Positions 1-12,216 of a stretch of DNA of 64,000 nt are shown here, piece after piece. Below the pieces are notes generated by a model that ran no database searches, was not told where the DNA came from, and saw only the letters and a list, made by a program, of their open reading frames with translations. The position numbers and the translations under genes are program-made. The DNA is from Octopus sinensis (Eukaryota), in NCBI RefSeq assembly GCF_006345805.1, contig NC_043008.1, positions 59,086,001-59,150,000 of the forward strand, given 5' to 3'. Each line of letters opens with the position of its first letter. Within the stretch, counting starts at the first letter, position 1.

Positions 1-929
1 CTCCTCATTGATTGGAAAACCCCATAAGGAATCCGTTTATTGATTTTTCACCCCAAATAGGACTTAACCGAACACAACATTGCTGATTCAAAAATTCTAT
101 AATTATACTTTAAAGTTAGTTTTCACACCCAACCCAGTTCTGCAGAATCAGTATCACGACGGGAACGCATGGGTTGGGAGTTTGACCGGCAGAGGTCATC
201 GGGTTGCATATGCCGGCCCTTTCGAACCCTCCCATCATCTAACCCCGCTTGGCCCATGGGTTGGGAACCCTTTCGGCAAGGAAAATAGAACGCCCAAAAG
301 GGCTCCCAATCCTCTGTGTCAAAAGTGATTATGTTAGGATCACAACTAATCTTTAACATAAACCTAAGCTAACCTAGTGAAAGGGGATTCGGGAGCCTCT
401 AAAAGGCAGCGACTAATCCCGATCTAGTCCTAACCCTTCCCAGGGATACTATCGGTCAAGCCTGCATCGAAGATATGCATTGGAGAAGGTTGCCTTGGAG
501 ATCTGCATCAAAGATCTACGTTGGAGAAGGTTGCATCAAAGGTTTGCACTGAAGAAGGAGGCATCGAAGGTTTGCATTGGCAATCTGCAGTGAAGAAGGT
601 TGACTCAAAGATTTTGATTGGATAAGGTTGCATTAGAGATCTGGATTGGAGAACGTTGATTCGAAGGTATGCATTGGGGAAAACGTACTAACAGCCTTAA
701 AAATAAGGGGCCTGGTCCTTATAGTCTAACTCTTTGAGCAACTTGGCCAAGCGCTGATATCGGCCGAGTGAGTATTGTTGTCGGAGGAGTCAGCATTGTC
801 CAATAAAGAAGAGGAAGAGTCCATGAGTCATGTTGCCATGGTTTGAGAATATGTTCGGCCAATGCTTCCGGATCACCTGTTTATAACCACATAGGCCGCA
901 ATTATGACTTGTTCTTCTTTCTACGTCTA

Positions 930-1290
930 TAAAATACGTGTTCTGTCCCGAGGAGCATACACAAAAACACCGTTTCTACTCCCCACACGTGAACAGGCCA
1001 AAGTTGCCCATATGAAAAGCTCGGGTCGCCCAAATGGATGCCCGTCACCGATAGTGTTTGGCCTTGGGATTTGTTGATGGATATGGCGAATCATGGCCTC
1101 TCTGGGAACTGCGATCTGCGGAAGTTAAACGGCATGTCTGACCCCGAGGGATAAAGGTTCATCCTTGAAATGAAAACATTTCACCCTTCCCGCACTCCTA
1201 ACAATGGTGGCCTCAATAAAGTGGGTCGTTAGGGACTGGACCACCAAGCATGTTCCGTTGCACTGTTTAGGCGGATAAAGCGTGTACTTT
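930..1290 (-). pseudogene. Helitron RepHel Pif1-like helicase C-terminal remnant (frameshifted, with stop)
   Basis: Manual translation across frames gives PPKQCNGTCL..IEATI, VFISRMNLYPSGSDMPFNFRRSQFP, AISINKSQGQTL and SYGQL/ACSRVGS, matching Pif1/Helitron helicase motifs V and VI. Confidence 0.85.
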
Positions 1291-1777
1291 TCATCCCATT
1301 TGAGATTTATTGAAGGATTGTGTAAAATGTTCTTAACAAAACGGTATATTTTAAATCTATACACACACACACACACACACACTTGGTGTTATTGTTGTTG
1401 TGATGCGTGCGCCCTTTATCCCTTTTGAGTTGTTTTAATTGAAAACGTGCCGTTTGAGGTGTTCCACTCATTGGATCGTAAGTTTTTTTGAGGTGTGGGA
1501 TTAAAGCAATGATTTATTTCTGGTATCATTATATCATCGAAGATTTTATGGTAGGAGATAAGTCACAGCTAGGGCTATCCGTTGTTTTGTGTCACATAGT
1601 TGTCAATGATCTATCAGCTGCTAAGGTACAGCGTTCGGTAAATTCCGTAAAATATTTTTTTTTGATTTTTGAACTGGAAATGTATATTTCGTTTGATGTT
1701 AGCATAAAGTGAAAGAGAGAGAGCATGACAGGGACGTGCGCATATGTTGATGGTGGGGTGCGAGATAGAAAGTGTGT

Positions 1778-1832
<55 letters not shown>

Positions 1833-1863
1833 GTGTGATGATGCGTGTGAGGGAGAAAGAGAA

Positions 1864-1943
1864 TGACAGCGTACATTTTATAAATTTATTTTTCCTCGCA
1901 TCTTTTTTGAGTGATTGACTGAGAGAGAGAGAGAGAGAGAGAT

Positions 1944-1974
<31 letters not shown>

Positions 1975-2008
1975 GTATGTGTGTGTGTGATAGCGTAACG
2001 CCTCTCTC

Positions 2009-2071
<63 letters not shown>

Positions 2072-2328
2072 GTCAATCACTCACACACTCGCTCAAAATA
2101 GATGCGAGGAAAAATAAATTTTTTAAATGTACGCTGTTACTCCTTCCCTTACACACACAAACACACACACACAGCGTACATTTTTATTTACTCTTTCTCG
2201 CATCTTTTATAGTGTGTTTGAGTGGGAGAGAGAGAGGAGCATTACGCTATCTTTCGCTCTCTCTCTCTCTCTCTCAGTCAATCACTGAAAAAATGCAAGG
2301 AAAAATAAATTAAAAACATGTACGCTGA
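1864..2328. repeat. Nested palindrome with (GA)n/(GT)n microsatellite arms
   Basis: Four alternating-orientation copies of cagcgtacatttt..tttcctcgcatc; sub-centres gatagcgtaacgc (~1989) and gcattacgctatc (~2239) are mutually inverted. Confidence 0.7.
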
Positions 2329-2341
2329 TAAAATAAGTACC

Positions 2342-2768
2342 AGGTGTAGGAGTGGCTGTGTGGTAAGTAGTTTGCTTATGAACCGCATGGTTCTGGATTC
2401 AGTCCCACTGCGTGGCACCTTGGGCAAGTGTCTTCTACTATAGCCTCGGGCCGACCAAAGCCTTGTGAGTGGACTTGGTAGACGGAAACTGAAAGAAAGC
2501 CGTCGTATATATGTATATATATAAATGTGTATTTGTGTGTATATGTTTGTGTGTCTGTGTTTGCCCCCCCCCCCCCGCAACATCACTTGACAACCGATGG
2601 TGGTGTGTTTACGTCCCCGTTAGTTAGCAGTTCGGCAAAAGCGGCCGATAGAATAAGTACTAGGCTTACAAACAATAAAAGTCCAGGGGTTGATTTGCTC
2701 GACTAAAGGCGGTGCTCCAGCATGGCCACAGTCACATGAGTGAAACAAGTAAAAGAGTAAAAGAGTTG
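2342..2768 (+). mobile_element. SINE family A (tRNA head, CORE-like ggcaccttgggcaagt, internal microsatellite), full length
   Basis: Pol III A/B-box-like head and a conserved body repeated at 23788, 41065, 42843 and 58985. Confidence 0.85.
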
Positions 2769-3052
2769 AGTAATGGCGTCGATGTAATCGACTAGCCCCC
2801 TCCGCCCCCGGACTTGCTGGCGTTGGGCCAAAATTTGAAACAAATATTAAGATGATACAGTAAAAACAGAATGATGAAGAACCATTAAAATAAAGAAAAG
2901 TAAAACAGCTATACGAAGATACGTATGTAGCGCTGGAATATATCCTGTTTCTGCTACTGAACCGATGCACGGCTACGTTAAACAATTCAACACAGAAGAC
3001 AGATTTTGCCACACAAAATAAAATGTATTTTGATTCATACGTACTTACGTAC

Positions 3053-3435
3053 GGAGGCGCAATGGCCCAGTGGTTAGGGCAGCGGACTCGCGGTCATAGG
3101 ATCGCGGTTTCGATTCCCAGACCGGGCGTTGTGAGTGTTTTTTGAGCGAAAACACCTAAAGCTCCACGAGGCTCCGGCAGGGGATGGTGGTGATCCCTGC
3201 TGTACTCTTTCACCACAACTTTCTCTCACTCTTACTTCCTGTTTCTGTTGTACCTGTATTTCAAGGGGCCGGCCTTGTCACTCTCTGTGTCACGCTGAAT
3301 ATCCCCGAGAACTACGTTAAGGGTACACATGTCTGTGGAGTGCTCAGCCACTTACACGTTAATTTCACGATCAGGCTGTTCCGTTGATTCGGATCAACCG
3401 GAACCCTCATCGTCGTAACCGACGGAGTGCTTCCA
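3053..3435 (+). mobile_element. SINE family C, tail type I
   Basis: tRNA-like head ggaggcgcaatggcccagtggttaggg, B-box-like ggtttcgattccc; near-identical copies at 57455 and 62110. Confidence 0.85.
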
Positions 3436-3761
3436 CCACTTACATACATTTCATACAAATATTCACACAATATATATGTATGTGTGTGTGTTCTTCTCTT
3501 ACGTTATAAGATCTGTCCCTACGCAAAATTTGAGAAAATTATAACTGTCAGATTGGCGGTGCTTTTAAATTTTCAGTTCAAATCTCGTCAGCGGGAGCTT
3601 AACCTTTCATTATTTCCAGTTAAATACAGTATCAATCTAGGACTGACCTAGTTTCTAGTGCTGGACAAAGTTGTTTTCAATATTTGTTCTAGTTCAATTC
3701 ACCCCGCTTTACGTTCTGAATTCAAATTCCGCCCAGGTCGACTTTGCCTTTCATCCTTTCG

Positions 3762-3769
<8 letters not shown>

Positions 3770-3794
<25 letters not shown>

Positions 3795-4055
3795 TCCTTC
3801 TCGGATCACGCCTGGGTTCATAGGGCCGGTTTCCTGGTCTCCTTGGCGTATTGGTTCCCCACATGGACGGGGCGCCGGTCCGTCGCAGGTGAGCTACAAG
3901 ACGCGGGAGGAAAGAGTGAGAGAAAGTTGTGGCGAAAGAGTCAGCAGAAGTTCGACATTATCTTCTGCCGGAGCCGCGTAGAGCTTAGGGCTTTCGCTCA
4001 TAAACACACATATCGCCCGGGCTGAGATTCGAACCCGCGATCCCTCGACCGCGTG
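3770..4055 (-). mobile_element. SINE with family C core, tail type III ending in (AAC)n
   Basis: Shares core ctctttcgccacaactttctctcactc with family C; different tail; (GTT)n on plus strand. Confidence 0.7.
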
Positions 4056-4677
4056 CTTCCACTTCATCCTTTCAGGGTGCATAAACTAAGTACCAGTTGA
4101 AGATGGATAGTCGATGTAATCGACTTACCCACTTCCTTGAAATTGCTGGCCTTGTGCCAAAATTTAAATCAATATTTGTGCTATTGTTTGCATCCTTAGT
4201 ACCCACGTACGTTTGCAGAACATATTTGAGTTTATTCGACTGGAAGGAATCTTGCTGAATTAAAAACACGAAGAAAAGTAACCGGTAGCAACCAGGGGCT
4301 TATATTCCGAGTGTGCTAGGAGTGCACTGCACACCCATCTATTTACGTGCAAAACAAGTCTTTTACGTGTCTAGCATTCGCTCTTTTAAGGAGGAGAGAC
4401 AAGATCAAATGTTTCTCAGTTAGACGGCCCCACATGCTGGAATATATATATATATATAGGAAATTCATTATAAATCTCAATCTTAATCGTTAATTTAATC
4501 ACAAATCTTAGTGGAAAACTTCTGTAATACCCCTGCTGCAAATTTGGTGACTTTGGGTGTGGCAGGATACCCAACACAACATCAACCATACGCTACTGGT
4601 AGTAACCTTGGTATATTCTTTAGATATTTTTATAACCAGCATTCATCACTTCTCAAGGAAGGTACCAGTAGGCGCTT

Positions 4678-4910
4678 GAAATGCGGCGAGCTGGCAGAAA
4701 CGTTAGCATGCCGGGCGAAATGCTTAGCGATATTTCGTCTGTCTTTACGTTCTGAGTTCAAATTCCGCCGAGGTGAACTTTGCCTTTCATCCTTTCGGGG
4801 TCGATAAATTAAGTACCAGTTACGCACTGGGGTCGATATAATCGACTTAATCCGTTTGTCTGTCCTTGTTTGACCTCTCTGTGTTTAGCCCCTTGTGGGT
4901 AGTAAAGAAA
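4678..4910 (+). mobile_element. SINE family B, full length, with ~19-bp imperfect TSD
   Basis: gcggcgagctggcagaa head, gagttcaaattcc B box, 3' end aaagaaata; flanks ggtaccagtaggcgcttga and ggtaccaataagcacttga. Confidence 0.85.
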
Positions 4911-5704
4911 TAGGTACCAATAAGCACTTGAGTCACCAGAGTGCAAAAAACGGCTTCTGTATGATGAATGCGATCGTATGGAAATCTGTTCCTAAAACAA
5001 AAGAGTTTGCGCTCAGAAGAAAATCTTTTTATTTTTTTAAGTCATTACTTTATATTTTTAATGCTTGAGACACGAACACGAAAACCATTTTATTTTACCA
5101 TACTCTTAAATTCCCACATTTTATGATAATCAACTTTATAATAATTGCATGAAGGAGGGAAAAAAACCCAAATGACTTGTTTCCGTGTAATAACATTTAT
5201 AACAAGCAGATGTATTATTAAAGTAAACGTAATTTTCCTAACGACACTCGCTTTTGCCAAGATAAATCATTAATTATAATGCGGTTATCCACGTACGAGC
5301 CTCATCAAATGTCAGAATATCAATATTATACTGCTAACATATTGCATTGGGAACACTGTTCACGTACAATTAGATTTTAGCATTGCATTCTGTTTGATAT
5401 CACACACTGCTTGAGTCATTTAGTCTGTGAGTGAATGTGTGCGTCTGTGCGTGTTGTATATATACACATACACACATACATACACACACACATATATGTA
5501 TATAGCTATATACAGAGTATCCAACACACGCACATATAAATATATATATAGTGTAAATATTATGAATAACACAAAGACGAAGTAAAGAAATTGCCAAAGT
5601 GTATTAGCTTTGCAAAACAAGTCTTTTACGTGTCTAGCATTCGCTCTTTTAAGGAGGAGAGACAGGATCAAATGTGTCTCAGTTAGGCGGTCCCCACGTG
5701 CTGG

Positions 5705-5711
5705 AATATAT

Positions 5712-5779
<68 letters not shown>

Positions 5780-5818
5780 TACATTATATACATACAAACA
5801 CACACACACACATACACA

Positions 5819-5894
<76 letters not shown>

Positions 5895-5925
5895 GATATA
5901 GATATATATATATATATATATATTA
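5705..5925. repeat. (AT)n/(AC)n microsatellite
   Basis: Direct inspection. Confidence 0.95.
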
Positions 5926-6726
5926 TCAATTAATGTAACGCCACGTATACTTTTTCCTATCTGCACAAACACCAGCTTCCATCTCGTTTGACAATTACTC
6001 TCTGTTTAGCTACCGAATGGTCTCTTCTGCATAACCTTAACTCCCTATTTCCTTTCCTTTTCCGTTTTCACTTCTCACTTAGCCATCTCAGTTTTCCCCC
6101 TTTTCTTAATTTGTGCACCTTTCTTTCTTTATTCCCTCTCTTTTTCTCCATATATCTTTCTATCTGTTTACATTTCATTCTATCCATCTGATTTCACTCT
6201 CTCTCTCTCTCTCTCTCCTTCTTTACTTATCTTTCATTTTCCTCGTATGTCTACCGTGTTGACTCTTAATTATCTTTTTCTTTCCTTCTTCGTATCTGTT
6301 CTCTTCCCTTCTTTTTTCGTTTCGCTCATTCCTATTCTTTGTTCTCTTTGTACAACATTTCCCTTCTTCTCGTTATCAATCTTTCTACGAACCATTACCC
6401 TTTTTCTATCTCTTCCCTACCCAAAAAGTTAACACGTGAACATCCTGTTTCTAAAACCACCCATCAGTTATTGAACACTCGCTTGGTCAGTTGGGTTTTT
6501 TTCACCTCCCATCATACATTTTAAACATATATAAGGCTCTATAGTTTGTCTATTTTTCCTAGATATAATTTTATGGGTCCCAAAGGACCACAATCTTTCC
6601 TATTAGCGTTTAATCCACACGTTTCTAATCAGTATGCTGTCGTTTAGCCGGAAGTTCTTCTATGTATACAAATACTTGTTCCGTTTTTTATATGTTTATT
6701 TCTTCGTTATTGTCACTGCATTTTCG

Positions 6727-6831
6727 TTTGATAAGTACTAGGCTTACAAAGAATAAGTCCTGGGGACGATTTGTTCGACTAAAAGGCGGTGCTCCAACAT
6801 GGCCGCGGTCAAATGACTGAAACAAATAAAA

Positions 6832-6833
<2 letters not shown>
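6727..6833 (+). mobile_element. SINE family A 3' fragment
   Basis: gataagtactaggcttacaaagaataagtcctgggg...gaaacaaataaaag. Confidence 0.75.
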
Positions 6834-6864
<31 letters not shown>

Positions 6865-6865
<1 letters not shown>

Positions 6866-7010
6866 AGAATTTACGAAAAAACAACAAAAGACGAAGACAG
6901 GTGGTGTACAAAGCAAACAGATGTATTAGTATAACGCTTAGGAATAGAAAAAGTCTTTTACGTTTCGAGCCTACGCTCTTTTACAGAAAGGGACACAGAA
7001 AAAAGAGAGA
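6865..7010 (-). mobile_element. Penelope-type pseudo-LTR-like repeat with degenerate hammerhead motif
   Basis: Reverse-complement match to 53740-53898; contains CUUU-CUGUAAA-A-GAGC/GCUC-GAAA-CG-UA-AAAG. Confidence 0.55.
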
Positions 7011-7046
7011 AAAAAGGAAAGAAAATAATGTGTGTAGTGGCTATAT

Positions 7047-7111
<65 letters not shown>

Positions 7112-7349
7112 TCAATTAAATAAACAAACTATTCAAAACACGAAAAAGGCGAAAAGATAAAAAAGAAAATGTCAAACGCGTGGACGTGCACAAAAATTAT
7201 ATTAGTTTGATGAAAGGAGAGAGTTTTTAACGTTTCCGGCATGGCTCTTCGTAGGAAAGGCGAAAGGGCAGAATTCAAAGAAGAAGGAGAAACGCGAGCG
7301 GCTCACGTCTGGTTACATATGTATATGTGTGTGTGTGTGTCTACACATT

Positions 7350-7659
7350 TTTAATGCGCCCTTTTTAAGCCTATCCAGGCTTATGGGCTCGGTTTCCCGG
7401 TTTCTGTGGCGTATGTGTTTCCCCCCAGCTGGACGGGATGCCAGTCCATCGCAGCGTTACTCAAGAAACAGGAAGAGAGAGTGAGAGAAAGTTGAGGCGA
7501 AAGAGTTCAACGGGGGTCGCCACCACCCCCTGTCGGAACCTCATGGAGCTTTTTAGGTGTTTTTGCTCAATAAACACACAGAACACTCGGTCTGGGAATA
7601 GAAACCGCGATCATCCGACCGCGAGACCGCTGCCCTAACCACTAGGCCATTGCGCCTCC
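7350..7659 (-). mobile_element. SINE family C, tail type II
   Basis: Same head and core as 3053; tail matches 58370-58500. Confidence 0.8.
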
Positions 7660-7728
7660 ACGTCTACATATCTATGTACACGCGTTCTGCTATCTGTATT
7701 TATCTGTATGTAAATATATAGTTTGTTT

Positions 7729-8152
7729 GGATCTTTTCGGTTTGAACGGCAGTTTTTTCTAGCGGTGTCATATGAAATTGTCACCCATAATTATGACCCT
7801 AGTATCGATCTGTTGCATTTCAATCTGTTTTAGGGTTAGGGTTAGTTAGGGCTAGGGTTAGGGGTGGGGGAAGGGTATCTTTTTTTTCTTCACAAATGTA
7901 AATAAACCCAATCTGTTTCTTAAACGAGGGACATATTCATACGGCACAGAATGTTATTTACCTCAATGGACGTCAGTGATTGGTTGAAATTGCAGAAATT
8001 GAACAAAAAAACAACAAATATCTTACAAACAATAGAATTTTCTCAATAAAGCCAAGAGAAATAGATGTTTTATAAACACTTTCTACGAAATTTAAAATTA
8101 TTTAGTTACCTAGAAATAATGTTAAAAACTGCCCTTCAAATCGATAAGATCC
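7729..8152. mobile_element. Non-autonomous TIR DNA element (MITE) with internal TTAGGG repeats and 8-bp TSD
   Basis: 28-bp imperfect TIR ggatctt(t/a)tcg(g/a)tttgaa(c/g)ggcagtttt; TSD GTTTGTTT at 7721-7728 and 8153-8160. Confidence 0.85.
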
Positions 8153-9345
8153 GTTTGTTTCTGTTTTTTAAAGCTGTATTGTAAGAAATAATATCGCGCT
8201 GGAGTTTATCCTATTTCTTCATGAGTTTTGTATTCTAAATATTATTTCAAGTCTTGTTTGCAGATTGACGTCGTTTCCACACCATGACATTCTTGGCAAA
8301 ACAGTTTTTGATGTATATGTGCTTGTGTTATGTCCTGACAGCTAAGACTCATGGGATTGACGATCTATCTATCTTGTTATTACTGTTGAAGCTGTGTACG
8401 TGATTTGATACAGAACTACTTCAGTAATTCATCGATTTTGTTTTTTCTGCAATAAACTGTTATCTGTTACTGGCTGTTTAAACATCACTGGTGATGCGTA
8501 CAGGATATATTTCCTCGCCAAGAGGATAGGGTTCTGTCCTTAAATCAGGTTTAATTTCATATCTAACTTGGATAGCAAAGCATAAATAATTTCATACTTA
8601 ACCAGGACGGCAACATTCTCAGCGGAGGGCAAAGACCAGAAACTTAGCAGCTGGATCGCTTAAATTTGCAAATATGAAAATAGAAATATCATCAGTGTAG
8701 TGGAGTTATTTGGAAAGGAACTTAAAATAATAGCTGACATGCACGTCACTCTAAAGAATAGGAAATCAGATTTAAACCTACAGTAAAGGGTGATAAACTA
8801 ATTTAGTAAGAAGATTCTGCGTGGATACATTTTTATGAAGGCAAATAACCAATGGTAAAGCGCTGAACATGTGTCGTTGACATACGTTTATAAGAATTAA
8901 ACTTCAATGATATGACTATAGAACACAGAAGAAAGAAATGACACCAAACAACACCACTACCATCACCACCACAACCACCATCAGAAACACTACCGCCATC
9001 ACAACCACCACTATGACAACTAAACAATACCTTCCAGGCTAACGAGGAACGTCTTGTGTTGACAATAAAGTAGAAAATATAAAACTAAACTGAAGACATT
9101 CGTATTATTGCCAGGTAGAAAAGAATTTCCTGTCGATACTAACTTCGGAAAAGTTATGATGTATTTGTCAGATCAATCGAGAAGAGAGTGGGTAAGAAAT
9201 GTAGAATTCAATGAAAGAAAGATCCACAGGTTTCCGGGTACAGTCTCATTGCGTATCACCTTGAGAATATGTCTTCTAATATAGCCTCGGGCTGATCAAA
9301 GTCTTGTGCGTGGATTTGGCATACGGAAATAGAGTAAAGCTCGTC

Positions 9346-9349
<4 letters not shown>

Positions 9350-9376
<27 letters not shown>

Positions 9377-9578
9377 TGTATGTATGTATGTATGTATGTA
9401 TGCCTGCATGCATGCATGTATGTATGTATGTATGTATGTAAGCAAGCATGTATGTATAAATATAAATATGCGTATATATATCACGTGATCATGTGTATCT
9501 TGCGATTAAATCATATATATGCATATATTATATATGCATATATAATATATGCATATATATATATATGTATATGCGCCT

Positions 9579-9611
<33 letters not shown>

Positions 9612-9762
9612 TATATATAATATAATATATATATATATATTAATATATATATAATATATATATATATATTTATATATACATATATTTATATATATATATA
9701 ATATATATATATTTATATATAATATATATATATATTTATATATACATATATATATATATATT

Positions 9763-9827
<65 letters not shown>

Positions 9828-9835
9828 CCTATATA
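9350..9835. repeat. (TATG)n and (AT)n microsatellites
   Basis: Direct inspection. Confidence 0.95.
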
Positions 9836-9880
9836 TAAATATTTTTATGTTCAGTTATATAAAAAAGAATCTTACATTAA

Positions 9881-10515
9881 TACGAGGTAGTATCAAAAGT
9901 TTCCTCGGACTAGTTCTGTAGCTTGCCGACAGATGGCTGCCGGCGGTTGTGTGTGCACAGTTGGAACCAGCAGTGACCTTTATGAGGTGGTGTCTCGAGT
10001 GACATTGCTGTGTTTACTTCACAAGTCTTGAAATTTGTGTTTTCGTTGTCACGTGTATATTCAGTAGTCTGCGATTTCTTCTAGACCGTCAATCGAGAGT
10101 TCTGCTGAGACGTTTTGAAACATTTGAAGGGGGATATTCGGCGAAAGTGAGCGAATCTGTGGTGCACGATTTGGATTTTTCAAGACGACAATGCATCTTG
10201 TCACAAAGCTCTCTTCACTCGTGAGTTTCTCGCCCAGAACAACATGGTATCGCTCTGCGCTCGCCCTATTGGCTAGATATAGCACCGCGTGGCTTCCATC
10301 TCTTCCACAAGAGAAAAATACAGCTCAAAGGTCACCGTTTTCACACCGTTGTCAAGATCTAGAGCGAATAGCAGAAGGTCTTCGATTCACTTACGGACAA
10401 CGACTTCCAGGCCGGATTCCAAAAATGGCACCAACGCTGGGACGAGAGCATTCCTGCACAAGGTGATTATTTTGAATGAGATAATTTTAAAACTTAGGTA
10501 AATAAGTTACTTGTT
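9881..10515 (+). mobile_element. Internally deleted mariner transposon remnant
   Basis: TIR-like tacgaggtagtatcaaaagtt; translation WIFQDDNASCH..SPYWLDIAPRGF..FQKWHQRWDESIPAQGDYFE matches the mariner C-terminus. Confidence 0.85.
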
Positions 10516-10822
10516 ATTAAATATAACCTATGGGCATGTGTGTGCACGCCCACGTGCGTGTGTATGGGGATAGGGAGAACGACAGAGAAGGCGACAGAGA
10601 GAGAGAAGTTGATAATTTATACGGTGCTTTGCACTCCTTTCTAGAACCTTCGAAGAAGCCATAAGGTGATGTGTCTATGCATTCATATCAGAGTGCAGTG
10701 CAGAAACAGCTATAAGCTAATGAAGTTGCTAACGTAATTCCCGTTCACTTCCCATTTATTTAATTCCGTACACATACAGATCTATGGATATGTACACACA
10801 TACGTACGTAAGGTATACATAC

Positions 10823-10825
<3 letters not shown>

Positions 10826-10898
<73 letters not shown>

Positions 10899-11470
10899 CC
10901 TTTCTTTATTAGCCACAAGGGCCGACAAAAATAGGATTGGACATTACAACACATGAAGGACAAAGTGGGGTTACATAAAGTGTCGTGTAAAATGTAAATA
11001 ACAATAAAAATATGTTTTTAAATCCCTAAAAGAGGCAAGTAACACATGGAGACCCCACGAAAAATCCACAAGTGCCACGACCACTAGGGCAACAGTCCTC
11101 CTCCCATCTTTCTCTCTCTCTCTCTCCTTTTTGTTCTCTCTCAGCATTGGAAACTCAAAAGCGCATGCTCAAAGTAGGCCTTTTGAGGCGGACCATCTTC
11201 GCCACATTCACCCACCTTTTAACAAAATTGCTGGAAGTCGCCCCTTCTCTTTCAACCCTCACTTTCCATTTCAGATGGTATCTGATAAAATTGATGAAGG
11301 GTAGGCTAAAGAGAAAAGTATTTGTCTTCAGCCCTTTCAGTCTAGACCACCACACATCCTCTTTCGCTATAGCCACGAGACAGATGAAAATTGCCTTTCC
11401 TTGCCGGCCAAAGGAAGGCGGAGGAGCAATCTTCATGATGGAATCAGCCGACAGGCAGACAGAAACAAGT
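10826..11470 (-). mobile_element. L1/Tx1-like LINE 3' fragment with (ATT)n tail
   Basis: Minus-strand peptide AKEDVWWSRLKGLK..YHLKWKVRVERE..RWVNVAKM resembles the C-terminus of Tx1/L1-type ORF2; 3' UTR ends ggcccttgtggctaataaagaaagg(ATT)n. Confidence 0.6.
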
Positions 11471-11485
11471 GACATAAACCAAATA

Positions 11486-11516
<31 letters not shown>

Positions 11517-11599
11517 ATCAAAAATAGGGGTGAAAAAATTGGATATTAATTTAATAATACTATCAATTTAACACTAAGTGGCTTATATTTTGTGTTGTG

Positions 11600-11637
<38 letters not shown>

Positions 11638-11640
11638 CAA

Positions 11641-11869
11641 TTTCTTTACTACCCACAAGGGGCTAAACACAGAGGGGACAAACAAGGACAGACAAATGGA
11701 TTAAGTCGATTACATCGACCCCAGTGTGTAACTGGTACTTTATTTATCGACCCCGAAAGGATGAAAGGCAAAGTCGACCTCGGCGGTGTTTGAACCCAGA
11801 ACGTAACGACAGACGAATACTGCTGAGCATTTCGCCCGGCGTGTTAACGTTTCTGCCAGCTCGCCGCCT
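11641..11869 (-). mobile_element. SINE family B
   Basis: Reverse complement of the 4678 copy. Confidence 0.85.
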
Positions 11870-11928
11870 TTCATATATATATATGTTAGACATAAACCCA
11901 TATATCATATATGCTCGTGCACTGGAAT

Positions 11929-11987
11929 ATCATACTGAAGAAGGAAATGTATTTTACACCATTGTAATCCCGAAACGCGTACATGAT
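11929..11987 (+). ncRNA. Type I hammerhead ribozyme motif (C3-G8, GUA triplet)
   Basis: AUCAUA-CUGAAGA-AGGA..UCCC-GAAA-CGCG-UA-CAUGAU; stem III palindrome ACGCGU; stem I has one mismatch; downstream flank is related to the 35441-36169 arms. Confidence 0.7.
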
Positions 11988-12155
11988 TAACTAAGGCTGG
12001 TTAGTTTCCTTATTTTTCTTCTTTTTGCCTATGTATTACTGTCTGTGGAGAATATTGTAGAAGAAATGTTAATTTAACTGCTATTTCTAAATTTCGTATG
12101 TGGTGAAGCAACTTTTGCTGATCCCTTAATTATGTTTTAATATTATATATATATA

Positions 12156-12216
<61 letters not shown>

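Noticed and set aside
545-580. CUGAAGA..GAAG within the short degenerate repeats at 470-690
   Set aside because: No GAAA, stem II or valid stem III/NUH; not a hammerhead
3053-3125. tRNA-like heads of the SINEs as true tRNA genes
   Set aside because: No complete cloverleaf or acceptor stem; they continue into SINE bodies with TSDs
8200-8800. Weak R4/Dong-like peptide (IISS..HHDILGKTV)
   Set aside because: Similarity short and not continued in adjacent frames; cannot support
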